From Girardia tigrina (lineage: Eukaryota): a DNA stretch of 60,857 nt. The position numbers and the translations under genes are program-made. The notes beneath the pieces are model-generated. The model saw only the letters and a program-made list of their open reading frames with translations. It was not told the origin of the DNA and made no database searches. The stretch spans positions 1 to 60,857 of the forward strand of contig MQRK01216652.1 in NCBI GenBank assembly GCA_001938485.1, written 5' to 3'. Of the stretch, positions 13,961-26,339 are shown in pieces; the stretch's first letter is position 1, and the number at the start of each line of letters is the position of its first letter.

Positions 13961-15009
13961 TTTAGCACATTGGCGAATTATTTTATTAATCTAGAAACTT
14001 TCGTATCGTTATTATTAGAAACAGGAATGGACCGCATTTTCGATAGGGACCAGAACATCCCCTGAATGTATGGAAGTATATCATATCATTCTATTGACCT
14101 AATCGCCAACTCGATATATACATCTGCTTTTATCATGTTGTGAACATCTGGTTGATAAATGTTTGTTTATAAAATCTTGTATATTATGCTGTATAATTAA
14201 AAAATTAAACACTAAAAAAAATCAATAATTGATTCACAAATAAAATAAGATAATTAATTACCGAGATTATAATAATTTTGTGATTGTCATATGTATGAAT
14301 AAATTTCTCATGTTAACAAGTAAATTGTGTTTATAATTTTCAGCGTTTGATTTATTTTGTTTATTTACCTTGGAAGAATTTATTTGTTTTGATCGTTATA
14401 TTTTTTTCCAAACCAAGTCTACTCAAAAATAGTAGTTGAGTGGAATTGGTTTCGAATAAATACTGCAGAAGAAAAAAAAATAGTGTTAACCCAGTACGGG
14501 GGGATACTTTATTTTTTTCAGTGACTATGACTGAATTAATTATTGTTTATATACTAGTTTTTCTAACCTTGAAAATTGAATGGCTAAAACAAATCTCAAA
14601 ATATTTATAATTATTCTACAAATTTTTTTAAAATAATGTAAATCGAAAATTATTGATTTTTTAACAGAATTATTTTTAATTAATTTTTTACAAAAATTTT
14701 TTTATTAAAAATTTGAATTTATAGTTTGAAACTTGAACAAAATAAAAATCCGGTCAATCAGAAAAAAGTCACGAATCCATCAATTCTTTTAATGTTTATT
14801 TTTTTTACTTTTATTTATATTATTTATTCAATTGAAACCCTTCGAAAACTGAAGGAAATGTCGATTTTATGAAAGAAATATTGATCGACACATAAATATC
14901 AATGAAAGAATTTTTATCGAATTTGGTTAAATATTGATCTCTTGGAAACGGTAACAATGAACAAATTAAAAATCATCGACAACAGAATTATCGATTTGCA
15001 TTCACGACA

Positions 15010-15500
15010 TCAAAAAATGTAAATAAACGATTGTAACCTCAATAAATCACAGATTGATCGACCGGCAGTCGTTTATCGATGGAACTCAGGCATACTAAAA
15101 CGACAAGTAGAAGAGGATCAACCATTCTCTGAGTGACTTGATCCACGCGAATCCATGGAACACTGATTTGACAAAGACGATATATGGGTATGACTTTAGC
15201 ATTTGTCCAAGTTCTCATCACAATCGATATCAGCAATCAAATAGACATTAGGATCCGAATGAATCTCTATCAAGGCCGCAATACCATGTTTTGATTGTGC
15301 ATGTTCACACAAACAAAAATCAGACTTTAAAAACGGCTGAGAATACCCATATGTGAGACTGATGAGTGTAAATCAATCTTGAAGGAGATTTTTCTCAACG
15401 ACAGACATTTCACAACTCTCAAAACAATAGATATGGTTCGTTCAACAAGAAATGGATGTTGTCGAATTGTCACTATAATGGTACTGAATTGGGTGAATTT
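15010..15500 (-). pseudogene. Decayed orphan ORF island carrying the shared motif
   Basis: Single frame with about 5 stops ending in TCRFSMPEFHR*TTAGRSICDLL (15046-15105). Confidence 0.4.
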
Positions 15501-15849
15501 AGTCCAAATTATGAGATTAAACAATTCAATTAAATCACAATATAGTGGTATATGATTGGATGAATTTAGTTCAATTAATGAAATTAAAACATTATATTAA
15601 ATCGCAGAATAACACAACCAAAAATAATATTCGATTTCTCATTAATACAAATATACGATTAATATTTTATAATTTGACTTTAATGTAATTCTAAACTGAT
15701 ATTTCAAATCGATGAAATTTTAAAACTTCATTATTTCTATTTAAATTCATTGCGAGGGGAAAATAATATTCTTTCTTTTTTCTCTTCTCTCTTACTTTCT
15801 TTTAGTTTAAAAAATAACGACCTCACACAAAAACAAAATAACAAAACAC

Positions 15850-16307
15850 TGAATAAAATATATTAACATACCAAAATAATAATAATGATACATGAAACGA
15901 ACTGAACTCGGGCTTATTCTGGCCCATAGAAATGTGCCCATTTTGACATCTAAAACGATTAAGTGTGAGACCCTCGTCACGGAGTTCACGAGTGGGGTCA
16001 AGTTGGAAGACTCATCGGCAAATTAAGTCGAGTGACTCGGCGGTAGTACTTCCGCAGGGGTTCCGCTCTGTATTGGTATTGTTTCAAACAGTCAAAACTC
16101 CAATGGTTTGACTTTAGTTCAAGTGATCGTAGAAAATTATGGCCCTACGCAAACCGATGACGGGCGGCCATCTTGTCTGAAACGCACTCTGACTGGAATT
16201 GAACATTCAACCCAATTACCCATGATTATACGCAAAGGTGGAATTAAATGAAAAGAATGGAAATAAATAGCAATATTGTATTCAGCACAAGCCATCTTTT
16301 TAAACAT
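15850..16307 (-). pseudogene. Decayed orphan ORF, paralogue of 19440-19800
   Basis: MFKKMACAEY..IMGNWVECSIPVRVRFRQDGRP, then HWSFDCLKQYQYRAEPLRKYYRRVTRLN; about 200 bp of clear nucleotide similarity to 19660-19860. Confidence 0.55.
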
Positions 16308-17439
16308 CAAAAATTGTTTATCATTTATGTTTTTATTATTTATTTACATCAGTTAAACAAATGTCATTGTGGATAGCATTTTTTAATAAATTGATTTTTT
16401 TAATTTCATCATTTTTTTTAAGTTTTGCATTTTATTTTTTACACTTTCGATATTCGCAGTTATTTTCATATGAACTTTATTCTTTTTTTTATTTTAATGC
16501 AATAATTAATTTATGAATTCACTACAACATCCTTTTGTCGTATTTTCTCTTCGGGGGTCAATTAATTGAGAGCGACTGGCACAGAAACCAGATATTCGTT
16601 TGTCGTATGCAAATAGATCATTGAAATTATCGGATTGGCTCAGTAACAGGTTGCGAAATTCGAATTTTGAATTAATATGCTGAATTTGATCTAAAAAAGT
16701 TTCGATTTTCAAATCATTGATATTGTTAATCCACTATAATGACAATTTAGACTGATGATAATTTATTAATTTTATAATCACCGTCAATCTGCCAAACTTT
16801 TGTTCCTTTATATTCGATAAATTAATCTCTTCTGTTTCAAGAATCATCCAGGCGGCATCAATCTGATCGCTTCACGTTAAATAATTGAATATTAGAGAAT
16901 TTTCCGATTTAAAATACAATGTTAAATGGTTAGTTTTTATTATTCGTATTTGTTTAGGAAAAACAAATTCTCATGATCGATTTGCAAATAAAAATCTTTA
17001 TCTGTCAATATCAAAAACGAAGATGTTATAATTCAATAAGTTTTACGCAACATAAATAGTTAATAATGATCGAAATAGAAGAATAATATCGAAGATCTTT
17101 TTGACACACCAAATTTCTCTATTGAATAATATCAGCTTTACAAAATTCAAAATAAGGACATAACTCCAATTAACATTCAAATTGTTTACACAATCTTTAC
17201 ACATTTCGAAATTTTCACGTATTTTTTTATCTTATTATAACAACGAATTTTTTTTTATATTTTTATGACCATAACAATATTCATTTTCCCCTTTTTTACA
17301 AATAAAATTTTATTCAAAACTAAATTTTTACAAGAAAATTTTATAAATAATTTAATATAACTTTTTTTACAATAAAAATTTACATTTAATTTAATCAATA
17401 TATATTTTTTAATCAAATCGGAAACAGGAGTTTTACATT

Positions 17440-17850
17440 AAATGTATAATTGTGGTGACAGAGGGCGCAGTGGTTTCGTGGCCGCGGCGCGTTGATGTTG
17501 GGAGGTGGACTGCGGATCGTGGAGAGGAAAAATTAGTTTCTCACTGTTGACATCACCCATGGAAACCATACGTCATCATTGATTCGTTTGTAAAATTTAT
17601 GAAACACCCAAATCGCTGTTGCCCAGTCGTGATTGATTTTACAAGTCTAGTTGATTCTACATTTGGTCCCAATGGAGACAAACCAGTAATCGGAAGTTGA
17701 TATCTGAAATTTTGACCTTTCATTTTGCAATAATATTCTTTCAATTTGTTTTTTTGATATTTTTGGGATTTTTCTGAGATTCAATGAGAATCTTTCTTGC
17801 GAACGAATTTGAGCTGGTTTTTACGGTGCGAAAATATATTTCACTTATCA
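17440..17850 (-). pseudogene. Decayed paralogue of the 10514-10960 ORF
   Basis: IYFRTVKTSSNSF vs IYNVNVKSKFELF; YQLPITGLSP..STRLV vs YRVPIDEIDP..STRLL; tail SSPRSAVHLPTSTRRGHETTAPSV vs SPPRPDAHPPSPTHRSHHAAPAL, also alignable as DNA. Confidence 0.65.
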
Positions 17851-18147
17851 CTTAATTCGAACAAATTCAAAAAAATTAAGCAGCCAAAACGAAAAAATTC
17901 AATTTTTAAAAAGAATATCGATCACATATTTTTATTCGATCAGCAAGAAACTTTTTCCTAAAATCCAAATCAAAAATTTTTTTATTCACAAAATTCACAA
18001 TTCTTTTTTATTATTCCAAAACAATAATTATTCAACAATTTGAGCTTTCTTTTGCCTCCCACAAATCAATAACGAAATTCGACAACATTTCCTCTTTACT
18101 AAAAATAAAAAAACTGCTTGCCCACAAATCAATTTCATAATACAACT

Positions 18148-18200
18148 TTCAAAACAGGGCCAATCAGATCCGACCACTAAATAAACCTGGCCAATCACAG
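18148..18200 (-). promoter_or_regulatory. Tandem NF-Y CCAAT boxes plus CHR-like TTTGAA
   Basis: GGCCAATCA twice (CCAAT at 18160 and 18191, 31 bp apart) and TTTGAA on the minus strand at 18148-18153, about 300 bp upstream of the 17850 ORF remnant. Confidence 0.45.
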
Positions 18201-19439
18201 GAAGCCTTTATTTTTTTCCAAAATTTCATACCACTACGTTGTGGTTTTTTAATTTAATTAATTCCTTTTTTAAATGCCATTTTAGCAATTTTTTTAATAA
18301 AAACCAAATTAATGAGTTCTTTATTATTTTGACGAATATGTTGTCGTATTATTCACTGAAGAGTAATTTCCAGTCATCATTATTTCGAAAAAAGGGCACA
18401 TAATTTCGTCGCAAAATTGGAACCACACGAAATCTAATTGTTGAAATCAGAAATAAAAATTGAGCGTTTCAGAAACTCATTTTGGTACGACTGTTTCGTT
18501 TTCTCAGACATAGCTTTACGATGAGTCTTAAAGTTTGAACTTTCTCAAATAGAAGTTCATTGCAATTTGCTCATTAAATCGAAAACCTATTCGTTTTCAT
18601 TTTGATTTTATTATTATTGACAGATTGATTTCTGAAGTATAAATAAATTAGATTTTTCTTTCAATATGGGTTTCGAATCTATTAGTCAAAATGAGGAAAA
18701 TACGACTAAACTCAATCAATGTGAGTTTGATTCGGTTTATCGATTATAATCGATTGAATTGTTGAATGATGTTCGTTAAAAATTGTGGGGACTGATTGAT
18801 GCGAATATCGATTGAGTTGGGGGGTTTGAGTATGAGTTGACGCGTTTGAGAGACTTTTGAAAGAGATCGATACGTTTCGATTGTATTGATTTAATTTTGC
18901 TTAAAAAATCGATTTGGTTAATTATTAATTTGCTTATTATTTTTATTCGATTTTTTTGTCCTGTTTGCCATTAGCGAATTTTTTTGTTTCTTCATCAGTG
19001 AACATTGTTCTTTGTTGATCGATTTCGATTGATTTTCGTGGAAAGATATTTTTCTTTTCGTCTTCTTCGTATTATTCAACGTTTTGATATCTATCAAATT
19101 GTGTTTGTTTGTAGTGTCGCGAGTGTATTTAGAGAATTCGTTTTGTTTCTTCCTTGTATGAATCAAATTGTATACATAATTATATAGAATATTAATATAA
19201 ATAATTGTATAATTATTTAATTATATATATATAAATTGTATACATAATTATATAGAATATTAATATAAATAATAATATAGGACAATGCAATTATTATTGG
19301 GAGTTTATGTGACAAATTCTTCAGTCATTTAACTTTATTAGACAGAAAATGACCTTTAGTGACAAATGGTGATCGGATTTCTAGATGTATTTGTTAATCG
19401 CTTTAAGACTGTAAATCTATAGAAAAAAATAACTTAAGC

Positions 19440-19800
19440 CATTAAAGTATTTTAATCACTTAATGCTTTTGAACGAGTGGGACTCGCACGCTTTGTACTT
19501 ATCGAATAGCCTAAACACGAACGTTGCTCCCGAGTTTCGACTTGTTTATATGTATACGATCAATAAAGATATAATGTCGACTTGTCTTTTTTAATCCTGA
19601 GTTGTTTTATTTTAAATATATTATTAAACATTATCTGGTTCTTCATAAAACGGGGACAGGCGTCCATCTCGCCTGAAACGCACTTTGACTGGAAATGAAC
19701 ACTCAGCCCAATCACTCATGATAATACGTCCAGTTTGAATTAAATTAAAAAGACTGAAATCGATTCCAAAATTGCATTCTGTACACTATCTCTTTAACAT
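19440..19800 (-). pseudogene. Decayed orphan ORF, paralogue of 15850-16307
   Basis: MLKR*CTECNF..IMSDWAECSFPVKVRFRRDGRLSP. Confidence 0.55.
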
Positions 19801-19944
19801 CAAAATTTGTTTATTGCGAATTGTGTAATTCATTATTTACATCAGTTAAACAAAATCTTTATTAACAATTTCATTTTTTCATTTATTGATTTTTGCCTTC
19901 AATTAATTTTTTCCATAAATTGATTTTTTTTAATTTACATTTTT

Positions 19945-20173
19945 AATAAACCTTCCCCGACTCTTACGGATAACTGTGTATTACAAATAATATTCAGCAT
20001 TGGCGCACAGGGTAGTGAATCATAGACTCTGTATCGGGTAGAAACCATTTACAAACCAAATACAAAGTTTTCTGATCCTCTCACACGGCTTCAGATACAA
20101 GAGTGCGAGCTTTCAATGCACGGGCACGCTTCGGCTTCCGTCTGAGAAATGACCAGTCATGTTCCTTCGACAT
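19945..20173 (-). pseudogene. Decayed orphan ORF island carrying the shared motif
   Basis: MSKEHDWSFLRRKPKRARALKARTLVSEAV*; shares an upstream non-coding block with the 55236 ORF. Confidence 0.4.
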
Positions 20174-20390
20174 TTTTACCACATTTGAATTTCCCACGTT
20201 TAATAAATTTAATTTAATTAAACAAGTCAGTTTTTTTGTTTGCTATCGATTATCGGATCACTACAACTGGAAATCGGGGAATTTTTTTTCGAAATAAAAT
20301 TAAAATTTTTTATGCTATTAACTGACAAATGCCATTAATTATGCTATTAACTAAAATGAAAGTGCATGTGTATTATGTGTGTTTTGACTT

Positions 20391-20824
20391 CTGTATGTGT
20401 GTATTGCATGTGCGTAGTGTGTATGCCTAGGGTTAAAAATTATTTTTAATATTTAAGACTATAATTAACTCTTAGAAGCTATTTTTAAAGTAAGATTTCA
20501 ATTTATTTTTGTGTTTTTATAGGGTATTTATTTTAGATTGTGATTTTTACTATGGAATTTACAATCAACTGTATGTATGTGTGTATTGCATGTGCGTAGT
20601 GTGTATGCCTAGGGTTAAAAATTATTTTTCATATTTAAGACTATAATTAACTCTTAGAAGCTATTTTTAAAGTAAGATTTCAATTTATTTTTGTGTTTTT
20701 ATAGGGTATTTATTTTAGATTGTGATTTTTACTATGGAATTTACAATCAACTGTTGTAGTGATAGTTTTTATAGGGTATTTATTTTAGATTGTGATTTTT
20801 ACTATGGAATTTACAATCAACTGT
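20391..20824. repeat. Near-perfect tandem duplication of an ~181-bp unit (two copies plus an ~60-bp partial)
   Basis: ctgtatgtgtgtattgcatgtgcgtagtgtg...tttacaatcaactgt repeated. Confidence 0.9.
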
Positions 20825-21101
20825 CGAAAAGTTACTATTAACTGAAAACGAGTGTATTTACCTTCTGAATCAACAAAAAAGAAAATTTTTTTATATCTGG
20901 TTCGAATATTTAAAAGATGGTTTTTCTTTTAAATATATATTGGTTTAGATATTAGTGAAAATGAGTCTGCACAGGAAATTCTCTCTAAAATATACAAACT
21001 CACTTTCATTGTAAAAATAAATAAATAATTATATAATTAATTTAAGAAAAAAATATAGTCGTTTAATAATTTTAATAAACGGAAGGAGTAAAACAAAGAT
21101 T

Positions 21102-21892
21102 TGTTGAGGTATCGGGTATATATCTAGCAATTATATATATCTGAATTAAGAAGTCGAAAGAAGTTATTAAAAATAAAATATATTTATCTTGTATAACAGT
21201 TAAACGATAGAATAATACCTTCAAACTTATTTAATTTTACTGTAGGTGGCGGGATAATATATCCTCACGACCTTGCAATATTGGTTGTACGAATGCCCAT
21301 CTCATGTTTCTTAACAATTTCTTTCTTTTTTTCAATTGATATTTTGCGGCGTTTTGAATAAAATTTTGATGAAGGGATAAGAACTATAAAATAAAATATC
21401 ATCACAAATAATATAACAAACCATTAATTAAACTATTGAGATAAACCATGCATTCAATTATTAAGATTAACTATTAATTACAATAAATATCATAACCCGT
21501 GTTTATTTAAATTTATGTGATATGTTTTAAAATAGTTTACATTAAAATGGTTTATTTAAACACTAAAAATTTAAAATATCTACGTTTTTATTATTTTATA
21601 TTTTGATGTTCGTAAACCATGTTTTTAAACCGAGACAAAATTGAACAAAATTTTTCGAAAATTTTTATTCGTAAATCTAATTGTTTGTAAACCGAGGTAT
21701 CACTGTAATTTATTCACAATTTTATGTTTAATGTTTTTATTCTTTATGTAAATATTCTATTTTTCTAATCCTTTTTATTCCTTTTATTTACATAATTTTA
21801 TAATTAATTTTAAATTAGATGTAAATAATTTTTATTACTTATTAAAACAAAGTTTAAATTTTAAAATTATATTATAATGTATATACTCAACA
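21102..21892. mobile_element. Solo LTR (TGTTG...CAACA) containing a Tigger fragment
   Basis: TGTTGAGGTAT start, ATACTCAACA end, flanks GATT/GATC (3/4 TSD match), internal similarity to the 46048 and 58659 LTRs. Confidence 0.6.
21265..21705 (-). mobile_element. Truncated Tigger/pogo element (TIR plus N-terminal HTH)
   Basis: TA-CAGTGATACCTCGGTTTAC terminus at 21705; KRRKISIEKKKEIVKKHEMGIRTTNIAR is a CENP-B/psq-type HTH. Confidence 0.75.
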
Positions 21893-22169
21893 GATCTACA
21901 GTATAAATCACAATAACAATAAATCGTGGTGAAATGGGAATCAAATAACAAATAATGTGACTTTAATGAAAATTCTTTTGCGATTATGTATTTACCGGTA
22001 TCCAAATATGTATATTCGAAAAATTGTTAAGATAGAGCTCAATAATAGTTCAATCTTTCGATATGGTCTTATTTATTCTTAATTGTATATTTTTACCAAT
22101 TGTCTTGGATATGTAATGGTGATTTTGGTATTTGATAATTTTTAGCAATGATATAGTTATGGAGTTACT

Positions 22170-22350
22170 ATATAAATTTGACAATAAATCATATAGTATC
22201 GTCTTTAATAATCAATTACAGAGTCACAATATAAATTTGGTGATCAATTGTATATAATTGTTTCCAATAAACAATTATAGTCATAGTATAAATTTGGTGA
22301 TAAAATGTATAGAATCGTATTCAATATACAATTATAGAGTTGCAGTATAT
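22170..22350. repeat. Degenerate ~59-bp minisatellite, about 3 copies
   Basis: tataaatttg(gtgat)...caatta(t/c)ag unit, period 57-59 bp. Confidence 0.7.
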
Positions 22351-23143
22351 AAGCTGTAAACAATAATGAGAAATATAACGGCTATAATTATTTAATTAAT
22401 TTTTTTTTAACTTTTGAATTTATGATTCACCATAGAATCATAAATTCAAATTTTAATTATTTAGTTAATTTTAAAAACAACACTCATCCATTAAAAAAAT
22501 ATATTTATAGACAATATATTTCGACGGATCTACCGTCATCTTCAGATCACTAATTAATAATCAATTCATCTGTATATAAATACGAATATGGAGATTATGT
22601 AATCGATTGCATGAAATCATGTTCATAATAATAAGTTAATCATTGGAAATATTTTAGTTTATAATTATGAATTTGATTTTAATTTATTAATCAAGATTAA
22701 GATTTAAATACTTAACTTAGAAGTTTAATTTTTAATATATAATTTTAAAATTTATATACAATCTATTTATAATTAACCCGCGTAATTAATTATAATTATT
22801 ATATAAAATATAAATAATTATTTGAAAATTAAAAAAAAAACAATTAAAGAAACTTACAATTATCTTTTTCTTGTAATATGCTTCTAATGTCAATTTATAT
22901 TCTTAATTCTAAAACAACCATTGTGGAACATATTAATTAAAGAAATAATCCATTGACAAACAAACAAATCCCCAAAAGAAACTTAACCAAGAAAGGAATT
23001 ATCGATCGGATCCTAATTAATTTACTATTAGTCTCAAGTAAAGTATCCAAAGTCGGTTAGATTATTATCAGTTTTATAATATCTATAACTCAGATCTCAT
23101 ACTTTTTTCTTTTAATTGTCAAATGGTTATTTGTTATTTTTTT

Positions 23144-23424
23144 CATGATAGATTATTAGCAGATAATTTCTATTTTCATTGTCTGGATTTTTTTGTACAA
23201 TATTCGTGATGAGGCGCTACATTCTCCGTTGAAAACCAACGCGGTTATTGAAAGCGACAATCAGTAAATTTTTTTTCCGTGCTGGTTAATTGCGGATTCA
23301 TTTCCATGGCACGCATCATCGCCGATGTCATATCGTCAAAGCGTTTTGCTTGAAGGGCTAATTAGGCGATGTAAATGAACTTTTCTCGGGTGTCTATATC
23401 AGCATTTACAGAAATCCAAGTCAT
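23144..23424 (-). pseudogene. 14-3-3 N-terminal pseudogene, copy 1
   Basis: TREKFIYIA*LALQAKRFDDMTSAMMRAMEMNPQLTSTEKNLLIVAFNNRVGFQRRM*RLI; part of an ~500-bp duplication (23144-23645 = 24985-25497). Confidence 0.85.
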
Positions 23425-23856
23425 TTTAAATTTAGATTCGATTCCAATTAATAAATTTGATAAATCCAACTAATTTCAATTAATTAAAATTATCCGGTGA
23501 TTGATCTGGACAATAATTTAAGTTATGTGTCCTAGTAAAATACATACATCGTACCTGGAAAATGATTTAAGTTGTGTCAATTACAATTCTTTGTTGACAA
23601 ATTTATATTTTAGTCCTATCTTGGACTTTAGATTTTATCTTAGGCTTTATACTTAAACCTTGACCTACCGAAGTTTACATTGTGACCTGTAGGCCTTTAC
23701 TTTTAACAATTCAATAGTTTTCAATGAAATAAATAAAGTTCTAATAATATATTTTATTCATTTGTAATTAATCAATATAAATAATATTTTGTTAATTTAT
23801 TTGCAACAGTTAAATAAGAACAACTTATTATTTTTTGTTGTAATTTATTTATTACG

Positions 23857-23905
<49 letters not shown>

Positions 23906-24983
23906 AGATTATATCCTTTCGAGATAAAAATCTCATCATCAGATCAATCCACATATACTCAACTAGCACACTATATGGGAACACACAAGAATTAAAATAC
24001 ATTTTACAAATAAATTGTTACAAAAATAATATTAATTTATCATTTATTTTTAAGATACCTTTTTGTTTGGCGTTAAAAAAATTCGAGAATTCGATTATAA
24101 AATTTGACAAAGATAATTTATTAAACCTAAAAATCCTTTCAAACTCACGAAAAATCAGTGGCAAGGCGTCCTAATAATCAGGGTATTCACTAAATACAGT
24201 AGAACCTGTCTATTCCGGCATGGCAAGTGATTTTAAAATATGCCGGAATAGAGTCAAAACAAATGGTTATTTGTTATTTTTTTATTAACTAATAAATTGT
24301 AACTTATCATATCCAGTACTTCAGCGATTTGTAGCAGGACTTGCTGCGACGTTCTGTTCAGATTCGCTGTCTCGACGTTAAACGTCGCCATGGCGATCGG
24401 TAAATTCTCTTTGTTATTACCTTTGAGCCATTTCTTCTTTTCTTGCCCAGAATTATCGGTGTAGTTTTTTGATACAAAATCTGTTTTGAATTGTATTACG
24501 TCTGCAGAGATATTTTCGCACAGTTTTTTGAAACTCATTTTTGATGTTTCGTCTGGATTCGATTCAGTTTAAATAGATTTTTTGTTGGTACAATGGTCAG
24601 GAAATTCGATAAGATTATACGATTATCGATTGTGTGAAAGTGATTAAAATTTATTATAACTTGATTTATTTTGTTTTAATTTTAAAATATATTTTGATTA
24701 TTATTATTACTATAACTAAATTCTGGTAGTATTTATTTGATTTAACTAAATCATCTAAATTTAAGTTATATATTTATACTAAAAGAAGTTCAATTAATAA
24801 TATCTAATTTAACTTCTTCAATATTATTATAGAGGTGAATTTGCAATAAATTAATTTATTATATCTAAACTACCATATATCCAACTTTACTTAAAACCTT
24901 TACTTCAAAATTATAAATTTAAAATTTTTATCTAACCTATTAATCTCCAATGAATTTGATTGATCCCAATTTATGTATTAAAT

Positions 24984-25265
24984 TTCATGATAGATTATTA
25001 GCAGATAATTTCTATTTTCATTGTCTGGATTTTTTTGTACAATATTCGTGATGAGGCGCTACGTTCTCCGTTGAAAACCAACGCGGTTATTGAAAGCGAC
25101 AATCAGTAAATTTTTTTCGGTGCTGGTTAATTGCGGATTCATTTCCATGGCACGCATCATCGCCCATGTAACATCGTCAAAGCGTTTTGCTTGAAGGGCT
25201 AATTCGGCGACGTAAATGAACTTTTCTCGGGTGTCTATATCAGCATTTGCAGAAATCCAAGCCAT
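24984..25265 (-). pseudogene. 14-3-3 N-terminal pseudogene, copy 2
   Basis: REKFIYVAELALQAKRFDDVTWAM..QLTSTEKNLLIVAFNNRVGFQRRT*RLITNIVQK versus canonical [54 protein letters not shown]; conserved Trp mutated to TAG. Confidence 0.88.
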
Positions 25266-25497
25266 TTTAAATTTAGATTCGATTCCAATTAATAAATTCT
25301 CAAATAAATTTGATAAATCCAACTAATTTCAATTAATTAAAATTATCCGGTGATTGATCTGGACAATAATTTAGGTTGTGTCCTAGTAAAATACATACAT
25401 CGTACCTGGAAAATGATTTAAGTTGTGTCAACTACAATTCTTTATTGACAAATTTATATTTTAGTCCTATCTAGAACTTTAGATTTTTTCTTAGGCT

Positions 25498-25795
25498 GGT
25501 ATACAAATTGTGAAATGCTTTAAGCTTCTTCGCGTGCTCTAAGTTTGTCCTCGAGTTGTAGTATACCACAGGGAATACACAACTTGTGATGATGTTCTTT
25601 TTGTTTTGGAGCGACAACTTGTTTTTCAATACTGGTCTGATTGTTCTCAGCTTTATCTTTCCTTTCTTGATTCTGGATTGGATGTCTACTCATGATCTTC
25701 CTTCCTTCTCGATGATCGAACCAAGGTTACAGAACTCGTCCACCCATTCTACACCGACACTCAGTTCGTTCACTGACGTTGCCTATCTGGCTCCA
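25498..25795 (-). mobile_element. LINE reverse transcriptase C-terminal fragment
   Basis: VEWVDEFCNLGSIIEKEG..DIQSRIKKG..SLQNKKNIITSCVFPVVYY. Confidence 0.8.
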
Positions 25796-26339
25796 TTGAG
25801 ATTAAGGATCTTAATACATACAAGTAACACTCATCCCACCAAAATGATGAAATTCTGAATCTACTACTGATTTCTGAAAATTTTAGCATTTACATCAAAC
25901 GCAAATCAATCTTAAATCTCATCAATGAAATTCGACTGAAAAGTCTGAACAAATGACAAACTATTATATTTATTATTCATCTGAGTTTCATTGTAAAGTA
26001 CGGAACGATAGAGTAAACATATCTTTTTCTTAAACGGAAATCGATAGTTATCAAATGGCTGGTTTGCGAGAATGGAGTTAATTGCGTTTAGTGTATTTTT
26101 GCTTAATTTTTAGGAAAAATAAAATAAATTTATTTTAATCAAATATTTTATTGATATATTTTTAAGTATTGCTTGTTTCCTTATAGTGTTCTAGTTTTAC
26201 TTTGCGAAGTTTATAATTAAAGTCTATATTTTGACTATAAAATCAATTATTTTGAAGACAATTTAAAAATAACGAAATTCAAAACGAAATGGATTTTTGC
26301 ATTGGCCGAATGTGTTGACAAAATTTTATTATCATAAAA

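Noticed and set aside
17690-17744. KEYYCKMKGQNFRY resembles 14-3-3 KVFYLKMKGDYFRY
   Set aside because: Flanks on both sides align with the 10514 ORF family rather than 14-3-3; treated as coincidence, although a captured fragment cannot be excluded
20391-22350. Tandem repeats as CRISPR-like arrays
   Set aside because: No constant repeat with unique spacers, eukaryotic context, no cas genes
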